In this document: positions 1-8,460 of the stretch, in pieces
Numbering within the stretch: position 1 is the first letter of the stretch
Layout: each line of letters begins with the position of its first letter
Source of the DNA: Coleofasciculus sp. B1-GNL1-01
Lineage (GTDB): Bacteria; Cyanobacteriota; Cyanobacteriia; Cyanobacteriales; Coleofasciculaceae
Reading direction: 5' to 3' (one strand)
DNA: 27,507 nt
Assembly: GCA_040220235.1 (NCBI GenBank)
Contig: JAVJTO010000074.1
Made by a program: the position numbers and the translations under genes
Notes under the pieces: generated by a model
What the model was told of the DNA's origin: nothing
Database searches by the model: none
Seen by the model: the letters and a program-made list of their open reading frames with translations, nothing else

Positions 1-126
1 AGTGATGCTAACTGGAAACGGTTGGGACAATTTACCGCCAAAAAAGTCCAGTTGTTGCAGCGAAATACCGGATTGGTATCAACAGTTGGATTGTCAAACC
101 TTACCACATCGAGTGGTAAGGTTTGA
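1..126 (+). CDS. isrB: C-terminal 41 aa of an IsrB/RRXRR-family protein (5'-truncated by the window edge)
   Basis: Frame 1 reads SDANWKRLGQFTAKKVQLLQRNTGLVSTVGLSNLTTSSGKV* (TGA 124-126). This resembles the C-terminus of cyanobacterial RRXRR/IsrB proteins as I recall it. Not in the ORF track. Confidence 0.8.
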   Translation, partial: SDANWKRLGQFTAKKVQLLQRNTGLVSTVGLSNLTTSSGKV

Positions 127-127
127 C
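93..127. repeat. Perfect 15-bp inverted repeat overlapping the isrB stop
   Basis: GTCAAACCTTACCAC-atcga-GTGGTAAGGTTTGAC. Confidence 0.9.
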
Positions 128-293
128 CTCTATCCCTCCCCACATTGCTTCGCTGAATGCGGGGTCTCACGAGACAAGCGATGAGGCTTTTGCCGGACAA
201 GCTCAACTGATCAGATTATCATCAGCAGTATCAATAACAATTGCTGCTTTTTCATCCCGGTGTCATTTTATTACCATCAGCCTACTATAAGCC

Positions 294-1451
294 ATGAAAG
301 TCAAGCGCCTGAAAATCAACTCGTTCCGTGGCATCGGCGATCTGACGCTGGAGTTCCATGAGACTGAACCGACAGTCTTGGTGGGGATCAACGGAACGGG
401 AAAATCCAGTATTCTCGACTGTATCGCACTCCTGCTTTCCCATTTTGTGGCGGAACTTCAAGATCCGATTGGAACGGGACATTTTATTAACGAACAGGAT
501 ATTACGGAAGAACGGAAAATTCCGCGACATTTTTTTCGTCAGGGAGATATCGCCAATGGTGCCCATCAAACCAAAAATGAGATCACGATTTCCCTGAGAG
601 AACGGCAGATCAGTTGGTTTCTCTCGTTATCTAATACTAAGGGACGACCCAGAGGCGGGAACATTCGAGAATTAGAAGGAATTTGTTTGCGAATTAAGAA
701 TCAGTTGCAAAACAATCTGAATGTGAATTTACCCGTCGTGGTTTACTATCCCGTCAACCGCCAGTTTTGCGACAAGGTTACCCAAGAAGCAACGAAATAC
801 TATTGGTCAAACCAACTAGCGATTTATGACCACGCATTAACGGGTGTGTCGATTAACTTTAGCAGCTTCTTTGAGTGGTTTAAGGATCTGGAGGATCTAG
901 AAAACGAATGGCGTCGAGATAATCCCGAACACCGCGATCGCCTCCTAGAAGCTATCCGACAAGCGATATCCTCTCTGTTACCCGGTTTTGCGAACTTGCG
1001 GGTGCGACGCGCCCCTTTACGGATGACAGTGACGAAACAAGGTCGAGAATTAGTCGTTAATCAACTCTCAGAAGGAGAAAGAGGCTTGCTAGCCCTCGCC
1101 GCCGATTTAGCCAAACGATTAGCGATCGCGAATCCGGGGTTAGGGAATCCCCTAGAAGGGAATGGTGTGGTTCTGATTGATGAGATTGAACTCCACCTGC
1201 ATCCGAAATGGCAACATGAAATTGTGCCAGCACTGACTCGCACCTTCCCCAATTGTCAGTTTATTGTGGCGACTCATTCACCCCAGGTGATTGCCAATGT
1301 TAATCCGGAACAGGTTTACCTTCTCCAAGCTATCCCGGATAGTGATATGGGAGACACGCCGATGATTATCGCCAAACATCCAGAACCGTCAATGAGTCAA
1401 GATAGCAATTCCTTGATCAAAGAACTGATGGAGGTTTCGGTTACGTTGTAG
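294..1451 (+). CDS. ABC/AAA_21-type ATPase, PtuA (Septu/retron effector)-like, possibly C-terminally shortened
   Basis: Walker A GINGTGKS, signature LSEGE, Walker B VLIDEIELHLHP, H-loop ATHSP, and YYPVNR and FFEWF motifs typical of this family. Confidence 0.85.
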   Translation: MKVKRLKINSFRGIGDLTLEFHETEPTVLVGINGTGKSSILDCIALLLSHFVAELQDPIGTGHFINEQDITEERKIPRHFFRQGDIANGAHQTKNEITISLRERQISWFLSLSNTKGRPRGGNIRELEGICLRIKNQLQNNLNVNLPVVVYYPVNRQFCDKVTQEATKYYWSNQLAIYDHALTGVSINFSSFFEWFKDLEDLENEWRRDNPEHRDRLLEAIRQAISSLLPGFANLRVRRAPLRMTVTKQGRELVVNQLSEGERGLLALAADLAKRLAIANPGLGNPLEGNGVVLIDEIELHLHPKWQHEIVPALTRTFPNCQFIVATHSPQVIANVNPEQVYLLQAIPDSDMGDTPMIIAKHPEPSMSQDSNSLIKELMEVSVTL

Positions 1452-1494
1452 TCGAGGAAGATAGAGGGGATGGGATGGGTGCATGTCAACGCAA

Positions 1495-1570
1495 GTAGGT
1501 TGGGTGGAGTAACGTAGGCGAAACCTTGTCGTACTCGCCTAGGAGAACCCGAAGGGTAGAGTAACCCAAC
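1495..1570. repeat. GTAG-type REP-like element with internal hairpins
   Basis: GTAGGTTGGGT...ACCCAAC arms enclosing TAGGCGA...TCGCCTA and ACCC-GAA-GGGT. A degenerate relative lies at about 9546-9577. Confidence 0.6.
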
Positions 1571-1720
1571 TTATCAGGTGAGCGTGAACATTATGTCAAA
1601 CTTGACATGTTCCCAATGCGATTTCCGTTAGTGACCATCACCTGGGTATCTGTAATCAGTTGTTGATTGGTTTCAACATATTCCTTAATGCCAAGGCAAA
1701 TCAACGCTCGGATTACACCC

Positions 1721-1800
1721 GCGATCGCGATCGCACAACCTGTTCCCTCAAACTTAATATCTTCAATCCTATCGCCTGTCGGATTCAGTTGTATCGTCAG
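1721..1800 (-). pseudogene. Internal fragment of a SufU/IscU-type Fe-S scaffold gene
   Basis: Translates LTIQLNPTGDRIEDIKFEGTGCAIAIA, containing the FEGxGCAI motif. Similarity is lost on both sides. Confidence 0.7.
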
Positions 1801-1818
1801 TGAGATGCAAAGGATTAA

Positions 1819-1881
1819 GGGCGGGTTTTGTAGAAAAGTTATCGGCATCGATTCAAACTAAATCCCTAAACCCGCCCCTAC
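1819..1881. repeat. REPIN-like element of the GTAGGGGCGGGTTT family
   Basis: Arms GGGCGGGTTT and AAACCCGCCCCTAC. Same family as 2211-2272, 5981-5998 and 17352-17444. Confidence 0.8.
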
Positions 1882-2210
1882 ATGAAGGTTAATGCTGAGG
1901 ATTCAAACGCTGCACAAACGCCTGATGTTCTGCTACAGCTTCCACTAATTTTATTGCGGTTGTTAATCATTTTGATGTCATCTGAAGTTCCCCCAGTCCA
2001 GATGTACTACACCCAGCGCCAAGCCTTATCCCGTAGTAGTTTTAGCGATCACTATCTCAAAAGTTGTACATAAGTAGCCCACGGTTACTCTTACTTCCTT
2101 TCCCAGAGTAATTTCCGGATGTATCCCTCTCGTGCAACCGTTGCTAAGATAAGAGAGATTGAACTGAACCCAAACAGAACCAGTCTGTACAATCACAACT
2201 GAAACCTTCT

Positions 2211-2272
2211 CTAGGGGCAGGTTGAGTAAAATCGGGGCGGAAAAAAAACGATAATCGTGAACCCACCCCTAC
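2211..2272. repeat. Degenerate REPIN-like element
   Basis: TAGGGGCAGGTT ... AACCCACCCCTAC. Confidence 0.6.
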
Positions 2273-2345
2273 ATTCGGAAAAACTCCTTCATCCCGATGT
2301 ACATAGCAACGGAAAAATGCTGGATGTGGCTTACCCACTATGGCT

Positions 2346-2406
2346 AAAAAAAAATCCCTAGCCCAAATCAGTGAGCCAGGGAACGTCAATCAGGGTGCAT
2401 CTACCA
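2346..2406 (-). ncRNA. nsiR1: NsiR1-like small RNA (~60 nt)
   Basis: Minus strand reads UGGUAGAUGCACCCUGAUUGACGU, then an 11-bp hairpin (UCCCUGGCUCA/UGGGCUAGGGA) and U9. The 5' part matches the NsiR1 core as I recall it. It lies upstream of and opposite to hetF, behind a DIF1 promoter. Confidence 0.75.
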
Positions 2407-2412
2407 TTTCAC

Positions 2413-2441
2413 TCTTCTGGAATAGGCGGGGTTTATCCGGA
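2413..2441 (-). promoter_or_regulatory. DIF1-type (HetR-dependent class) promoter
   Basis: TCCGGA (2436-2441), exactly 18 nt, then GAAGA (2417-2413), matching TCCGGA-N18-GWANA. TCCGGA sits about 35 nt upstream of the sRNA start. Confidence 0.75.
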
Positions 2442-2708
2442 ACAATCCTGGATCAGTTCCTCAATTGAGTTCAGTAGCATCCGTCGCCGAAAAATTCCAG
2501 CGTTCTCAACCAGGGTTAATGTCTCGCCCCTCATCCATACGATCAAAAGGTCTCATTGAATACATCACTCGCGTCTGAGTCCCTAAACTCTATAAGGAAA
2601 CTTTCATAGAATTAAATCAATCTATATCTAAAGACACTATGAATGCGATAAATCTTGAAAACCCAGTAAAAACCCTTGACATTCAGCAAACTTGACCAGG
2701 CAATAGCA

Positions 2709-5237
2709 GTGGCACAGGAATTCCATATCTCTGTGACCCCTTTGGGGGATGACCAGCATCTAGTGCGGATTGAACGAGTCGCACCCGGGGTGCCTTTGGC
2801 AGAAGAACAAGTGCGTTGGCCCATGGATGAGTGGTTAATGCAAGCGAGACAATTGATGAATGATCCCCTCCTGGGCTTGTTACAAGGGGGGGCTGGCGGT
2901 ATAGATGAGCTGTTTTTCTTGCCTAATTCCGATCAGCAAGTGCGTCAATCCTGCCAAAACTTAGTGGCGCTGGGTCAGGAACTCTATAATGCCTTATTCC
3001 AAGGGAGCTTACGTGATAGCTGGATGATGGCACAAGCGATCGCGCAAAATCAACGTACTGTATTACGACTGCGCCTGGGACTCAAGGGGAATCGCTTACC
3101 TCGCTTACCCTGGGAAGTTCTCCATGCAGGCGATCGCCCTTTGGCAACCGGGACGGATGTCGCCTTCTCCCGATATCAACTCAGCACCGGGTTGATGCGA
3201 CCGATTCATTCTCTCCCCCCTCAACCCAATCCTGTCCTGAAAATTCTGATGGTCATTGCTGGACCGAGTGACCAAGAGAGTTTAGAACTGGCACAGGAAG
3301 CCGCACATCTACAAGAAGAACTCAAAAACCGTTCTCGCCAAGAACCCCCGGCGATTCAACTCACCATTCTCGAACAACCGGGACGAGAACAACTGACCCA
3401 AGCCTTAGAACAAGGTCAATATCAAGTCTTCCATTATGCAGGTCATAGTAGTCTGGGAGATTCTGGCGGTGATGTTTATTTAGTGAGTAATAAAACTGGA
3501 TTAACGGAAACCTTAAACGGCAATGATTTAGCTGGATTGCTAGCCAATAATGGCGTGCAATTAGCCGTATTTAACTCCTGTCGTGGTGCCTATACAGCCA
3601 CCTCAGACCCTTTAGACAATGGCAAAGAGCGCAATTTAGCCGAAGCCTTGGTCAAACGAGGAATTCCTGGGGTTTTGGCAATGGCAGAGCGAATTCCCGA
3701 TGAAGTAGCACTCACCCTCACTCGCCTCCTTTATCGGAATCTCAATCAAGGCTATCCCATTGATCTGAGTCTGAGTCGAGCGCGACAGGGGCTAATTTCT
3801 GCCTATGGCTCTAACCAATTATATTGGGCGTTGCCTGTACTTTACCTGCATCCCGAATTTGATGGATTCCTCACCAACGTGGACGATGACTATCACCATC
3901 GGGAAGAACGATTACAGTTACCGGAACCACCAGATATGCCATTAGTCTCTGATGAAAGTGACGCTGAACTATTCACACGAGAGATGTTAAACACAACGAG
4001 GTTAGAGGATGAGGATGAATTCCTGGAGGATAAACCTCCCCATGCGAAGTATGAGTATCAACCGAGGCAAAATTGGCTCGATGAGACGCCCTCAGAGGAG
4101 ACTCCCTCGGAGGAGACTCTCTCAGAAGATGAGCCGGATGATCCGTCTAGCTTTATTAAGAATTTACTCGAACAACTGGATAGTGAGCCGGAGATCGAGG
4201 AACCTAAATTACCTCCCCTAGATCCGAACCATCCCCCACAACCAGCGCCTGAACAAAAGAATCAGGACGTACCCAAACCGCCGCCTCAGCAACCCACAGT
4301 TTCCTCAGCAGCGCCAGCACCAACGTCTGTGCCAAAAACAGCAACGCCGTCATCTGAACAGACGGTAATGCCGAAACCCGCTCCAGTGGAATCGCCTGAA
4401 AAGGGATGGCGTTCTTGGCTGGTTGCGCCTAAACTGTGGATTGGATTGGGGGTTGGTGCTGTTGCGATCGCACTGTTGAGTTTTGCCCTAGTTTGGAACC
4501 GTCAGCCGCCACCGGATAGGCTCAGATCACAGTCTGAGTCTCCTGTGCCGAGTTTACCCCAACCCTCAGACTTGGATGGAATCAACTTAGACAAAGCCGA
4601 AACCAGTGACGTCACCGCTTTCGCGATCGAACAATTTGGTCAAGGGAATATCGACGCCGGAACTGAAGCTGTCGAAGCGTTGCTGAATCGAGGTGCGTTG
4701 TCTCAAGCCGATGCAGCTTTAAAAGCTGTTTCTCCCTCCCAATTGGATAATCCAACCATCAGTTTCTTGAGAGGGCGTCTGGCTTGGCAATCGCTTCAAA
4801 CTGGAGATACAAACTATAATATCAGCGATGTGCGACGGTATTGGGAAACGGCGGTTAAAGCCCAACCTGACTTGGCTAACTATCATAATGCCCTTGGCTT
4901 TGCCTACTACGCAGAAGGAGATTTCGAGCGAGCCAACAATGCCTGGTTAGATGCTCTTACGTTAATTGAACAAGATCAAATCGATGCAGATGTGGCAGGA
5001 AATGGGGCGAAGAAAGAAGCGTTAACAGCCTATGCAGGATTGGCGTTAGGATTCTGGAAATCCGCTCAATCACAGCCAGCCGAAAAGCGCACCAATCTTT
5101 TAAATGAATCGTTGAAACTGCGGCAAAAAGTTCTCCAAGATGACCCTGTGAATTTTCAACCCGACGCCCTGAGTCAGAATTGGCTTTGGTCTGAGCAGGC
5201 GATCCAAGATTGGCGATCGCTTTTAGGAGAAAGTTAG
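2709..5237 (+). CDS. hetF: HetF: CHAT-family cysteine protease with a TM segment and C-terminal TPR-like region
   Basis: GTG start giving (M)AQEFHISVTP...RVAPGVPLAEE, the HetF N-terminus. Catalytic motifs FHYAGHS and FNSC, an acidic/Pro-rich linker, TM LWIGLGVGAVAIALLSFALVW, and TPR-like NALGFAYYAEG. Confidence 0.9.
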   Translation: MAQEFHISVTPLGDDQHLVRIERVAPGVPLAEEQVRWPMDEWLMQARQLMNDPLLGLLQGGAGGIDELFFLPNSDQQVRQSCQNLVALGQELYNALFQGSLRDSWMMAQAIAQNQRTVLRLRLGLKGNRLPRLPWEVLHAGDRPLATGTDVAFSRYQLSTGLMRPIHSLPPQPNPVLKILMVIAGPSDQESLELAQEAAHLQEELKNRSRQEPPAIQLTILEQPGREQLTQALEQGQYQVFHYAGHSSLGDSGGDVYLVSNKTGLTETLNGNDLAGLLANNGVQLAVFNSCRGAYTATSDPLDNGKERNLAEALVKRGIPGVLAMAERIPDEVALTLTRLLYRNLNQGYPIDLSLSRARQGLISAYGSNQLYWALPVLYLHPEFDGFLTNVDDDYHHREERLQLPEPPDMPLVSDESDAELFTREMLNTTRLEDEDEFLEDKPPHAKYEYQPRQNWLDETPSEETPSEETLSEDEPDDPSSFIKNLLEQLDSEPEIEEPKLPPLDPNHPPQPAPEQKNQDVPKPPPQQPTVSSAAPAPTSVPKTATPSSEQTVMPKPAPVESPEKGWRSWLVAPKLWIGLGVGAVAIALLSFALVWNRQPPPDRLRSQSESPVPSLPQPSDLDGINLDKAETSDVTAFAIEQFGQGNIDAGTEAVEALLNRGALSQADAALKAVSPSQLDNPTISFLRGRLAWQSLQTGDTNYNISDVRRYWETAVKAQPDLANYHNALGFAYYAEGDFERANNAWLDALTLIEQDQIDADVAGNGAKKEALTAYAGLALGFWKSAQSQPAEKRTNLLNESLKLRQKVLQDDPVNFQPDALSQNWLWSEQAIQDWRSLLGES

Positions 5238-5268
5238 ACGAACAGGCGAAGCTGTTTTTGAACAAACC

Positions 5269-5299
5269 CCATCGTCAGTGATGATGATGGTTTTTATTT
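5269..5299 (+). terminator. Probable intrinsic terminator of hetF
   Basis: CCATCGTCA-gtga-TGATGATGG followed by TTTTTATTT. Confidence 0.7.
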
Positions 5300-5833
5300 C
5301 TGCCTTGTCTGTGTCAATCTGTGTCCCTCACACTTCAGTGTAATCTGTGTTCTTGTCAATACTTAGTCATCATTTTTATCAAAACTTTAAAAAAATACAT
5401 GCGTCCAAGGGGAAATGGGGTGTGAGACAAAAAACGAGAAATTATACAAAGTTTTACGACGATTCAAGGGGTTTAGCTTGGTCTAGATTATTTTTGCTCA
5501 TAAAATAACCACCATAAATAATATACCTGAAAATCGCACAATTTTCTCACAAGCACCGTAACCCTTGAAAATTCGTATATTTTTCTGGAAAAGGGGTAAA
5601 AAATGAGCAATTATGACGTTTTGTTGAGGCGGCGACCGGATTGGAAAATTTAAACCGTTCTGGGGAAAAGGATAGTTTTAATTATCAGAACTTGACAAGT
5701 TTAGCCGAAACGACATTTAGTAAAACGAAAGAAATGTCAGTAGCGAAGGATACAGAAAGGCAAAGTGGTATGTAGGGAATAGTCGTTATCTCCACGGAAA
5801 TAGCATTTCCCGGCTGATTCAGACTCGATGTGA

Positions 5834-5904
5834 TACACAGTTTCCAAAAGTAGAGAAGCACTGTCTCATCGTTGCTGTACTACACCGTGTTAGAACGTGC
5901 TGTA
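5834..5904. mobile_element. Degenerate MITE, TACAGC...GTACA terminal family
   Basis: The right end (reverse complement TACAGCACGTTCTAACACGGTGTAGTACA) has the same 29-nt pattern as the ends of 10319-10540. The left end TACACAGTTTCC is decayed. Confidence 0.5.
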
Positions 5905-6081
5905 TACTCAAGCTCAAACATAACTTAAAATCCTTACCAGTAGGAGAGATAACGACCAGTTGTCTCGACGCGATTCTAGTAGTGAACCCCGCCCCTACTT
6001 CCGGAAAAACTGGTGCGCGATCGCATCTTCCCGTATCGCCTTAATCTATTAAAAGAAAGGTATCAAGGGAAAATAGTAACC

Positions 6082-6765
6082 ATGGCAAAAGTAATCGTGA
6101 TTACAGGTGTCAGCCGAGGTTTAGGTCGAGCAATGACTGAGGGATTTATCGCTCAAGGACATACGGTTTTGGGTTGCGCTCGAAACGAGGCGGCAATCAA
6201 GGATCTCAATCAAGCCTTTGGTCAGCCCCATAATTTTACCGTGGTCGATGTTGCTGATGAAGATCAGGTCATGGCTTGGGCAAAACTTCTGCTCAACGAA
6301 TACAGTCCACCGGATTTGCTGATTAATAATGCGGCGATTATCAATAATCTAGCACCTCTGTGGGAGATTCCTAGCCAGGATTTCTCCCATCTGATTGATG
6401 TCAATATCAAAGGAATCGCCAATGTGATTCGCCATTTTATCCCAGCAATGATTGACCGAGGAAGCGGTATTATTGTCAATCTGAGTTCAGGATGGGGACG
6501 CTCAACCTCGCCCCAAGTCTCATCCTACTGTACCTCTAAATGGGCAATTGAAGGGATGACGCGATCGCTAGCTCAAGAATTACCTAAAGGAATGGCGGCG
6601 ATTCCTCTGAGTCCCGGTATTATCCATACCGAGATGCTAGAAGTTTGCTACGGCGCAGAGGCGGCGTCTTATACAGCCATCCAAGATTGGAAGAAAAAAG
6701 CAGTTCCCTTCTTGCTGCAATTGACTCCGGCTAATAATGGTCAACCCTTAACTGTCCCCGCATGA
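6082..6765 (+). CDS. Short-chain dehydrogenase/reductase, pterin-aldehyde-reductase-like
   Basis: TGVSRGLG, NNAA, SSGWGRS and YCTSK motifs. ATG 6082 is preferred over GTG 6013. Confidence 0.9.
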   Translation: MAKVIVITGVSRGLGRAMTEGFIAQGHTVLGCARNEAAIKDLNQAFGQPHNFTVVDVADEDQVMAWAKLLLNEYSPPDLLINNAAIINNLAPLWEIPSQDFSHLIDVNIKGIANVIRHFIPAMIDRGSGIIVNLSSGWGRSTSPQVSSYCTSKWAIEGMTRSLAQELPKGMAAIPLSPGIIHTEMLEVCYGAEAASYTAIQDWKKKAVPFLLQLTPANNGQPLTVPA

Positions 6766-7064
6766 TATAATCAGAAGTTCGACTCTGTGTTTGAGGCGAG
6801 ACGGCAATTATCTCGCTTCAACCTAAAAACAGCAGGTAGAGGAGAAAAGCGGGAGCTATACAAAGTTTCACAAATAAAGCCTTGGGAAACCTCGCTGAAA
6901 TCAGCTAAAATCGACTAATCATGTCAAATATTTGATAGTACGACGACAGAAAAAAGGCGAGATTTTCAAACGTAAGCTATGGGGAAATTACCGTTCAAGG
7001 CAAAGTCCTGGACTCTAAACCAGGGTTTAGTACAGCATCAAGAATCAGGGAGGATTAAAAAGTA

Positions 7065-7373
7065 GTGGATAACGTTTATAAACGCCACTCTTATAAGGCA
7101 AACTTCGATCAAGCCGAACGCTACCACACCCATTGGGATGAATATTTAATTATTCCGATTTGGGAGAGAAAAACAGGGCGTTGGACAGTAACGTGGCTCG
7201 AATCAGAACAGTTGCTCGAACCGACCATTATTGATCCCTTTGGCGGTTTTGATTTCCCCACAGCTCAAGCTGCGATATCGGCGGCAAAATCTCTCATTGA
7301 TCATTGTTCAGATGTGGCGGCTCGGAATGCTTTAGAAGATAGGCTGATAGAAATTTTAGAAGGGAAGGGATAG
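7065..7373 (+). CDS. Hypothetical protein (102 aa)
   Basis: GTG start with GGAGGA upstream, plausible composition, no motif recognised. Confidence 0.6.
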   Translation: MDNVYKRHSYKANFDQAERYHTHWDEYLIIPIWERKTGRWTVTWLESEQLLEPTIIDPFGGFDFPTAQAAISAAKSLIDHCSDVAARNALEDRLIEILEGKG

Positions 7374-7480
7374 GGGAGATGGGGGAGATTTCATTTTGGA
7401 TACATTTTTGGAGTTCAATGTCTTCTTGCTGCCATATTTTATGATCTACTGATTGTCGATAACTGGTTGGTTTTCCCTCA

Positions 7481-7560
7481 TATCATGTCCGGCTGTATAG
7501 TTCGTCTATCGTAGCCGTAATTACTTGGACGGAAGCATTATCCTTCTTCCGGACTTAATA
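7481..7560. mobile_element. 80-bp MITE abutting the SDR stop codon
   Basis: Terminal inverted repeats TATCATGTCCGG / CCGGACTTAATA (10 of 12 match). The same left terminus occurs at 22871. Confidence 0.7.
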
Positions 7561-8295
7561 TCACCAAGCCATAGGCTGACGACGATTAAAAAAGCCACCC
7601 GTGGGTCCATCATCGGGTAAAGTTGCCAGCCATACAGGGGTATCAGCACCTTGCTCAATGTTTAGCGGTGCAGCTTCAGAACCCATATCCGTTTTCACCC
7701 AACCCGGACAAGCCGAATTGATTAAAATATTGGTTCCTCGCAACTCCTTGGCAAGCAAAGCTGTAACCGCATTGAGAGCTGTTTTAGACAGTCTGTAGGT
7801 AGGAGTGAGAATATCATAATAAGGCGAACTTGGATCACTCATTTCTGCAAAAGAACCAAGGGTACTAGACATATTGACAATGCGACCATAATTTGCTTTT
7901 TTCATCAAGGGAATGCACGCTTGACACATTAGAAAAGCGCCATAAAGATTTGTTTGCAGGGTTCGCGAGAGTGTATCAAAATCTACATCCAATACAGACG
8001 TTGTTCTATCGAGTAGCACCCCGGCATTGTTCACGAGGATATGCAGTTCACCAAGTTCTTGTTTAAGCCAACTAACGGCTTTGTCAATACTCTCATGACT
8101 GTTCACATCTAAAAGACAGAAATCTACGTCTAATCCCTCTTGCTTAAGTTTTTCGTAGGCTTCCCGCCCCTTGGGGGCATCTCTGGCTCCTAGAATAACG
8201 TGGATGCCTTTTTGGGCGAGTTGTTTACTAATTTCAAACCCTAACCCTTTATTAGCGCCTGTCACTAATGCAATTTTACGGGTATGATCGTTCAT
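7561..8295 (-). CDS. SDR, carbonyl-reductase-like
   Basis: TGANKGLG, NNAG, YRLSK and CPGWVKTDMG motifs. The start at MNDHTRK is preferred. Confidence 0.92.
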   Translation of the reverse strand: MNDHTRKIALVTGANKGLGFEISKQLAQKGIHVILGARDAPKGREAYEKLKQEGLDVDFCLLDVNSHESIDKAVSWLKQELGELHILVNNAGVLLDRTTSVLDVDFDTLSRTLQTNLYGAFLMCQACIPLMKKANYGRIVNMSSTLGSFAEMSDPSSPYYDILTPTYRLSKTALNAVTALLAKELRGTNILINSACPGWVKTDMGSEAAPLNIEQGADTPVWLATLPDDGPTGGFFNRRQPMAW

Positions 8296-8460
8296 GTCTT
8301 TGTCCTGAAATGTTTTCAGCAACCTGCTGCCTTGAGGTTCCAGCTAATTGTACCTGGGATAGACGCCAAGACTCTGCCAAAACGTAGAAGATTTGATGGG
8401 ATTGGCTTATCAGTTAGTCCCTTATTCCAGTTAAAATTGTCTAGATTACAGAAATTGGTT

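Larger units (their letters stand above)
1..180 (+). mobile_element. Right end of an IS200/IS605-related IsrB element
   Basis: Follows the isrB stop. Subterminal hairpin CCCCACATT-GCTTCGCTG-AATGCGGGG (138-164) has a loop resembling the left-end hairpin near 26609-26638. ATGA follows at 181-184. The exact boundary is inferred. Confidence 0.65.

Noticed and set aside
2..184. 60-aa ORF from the track
   Set aside because: Wrong frame. Frame 1 carries the recognisable IsrB C-terminus.
2090..2119. Second TCCGGA as another NsiR1 promoter
   Set aside because: No GWANA at N18 on either strand and no NsiR1 core downstream.
1882..2824. Short ORFs upstream of hetF, including a possible PatS/PatX peptide
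   Set aside because: They overlap REPs and the sRNA, and no RG(S/T)GR motif was seen.
5782..5956. Retron msr-msd linked to the PtuA-like ATPase
   Set aside because: No reverse transcriptase in the window, 4 kb from the ATPase, and partly explained by a MITE.
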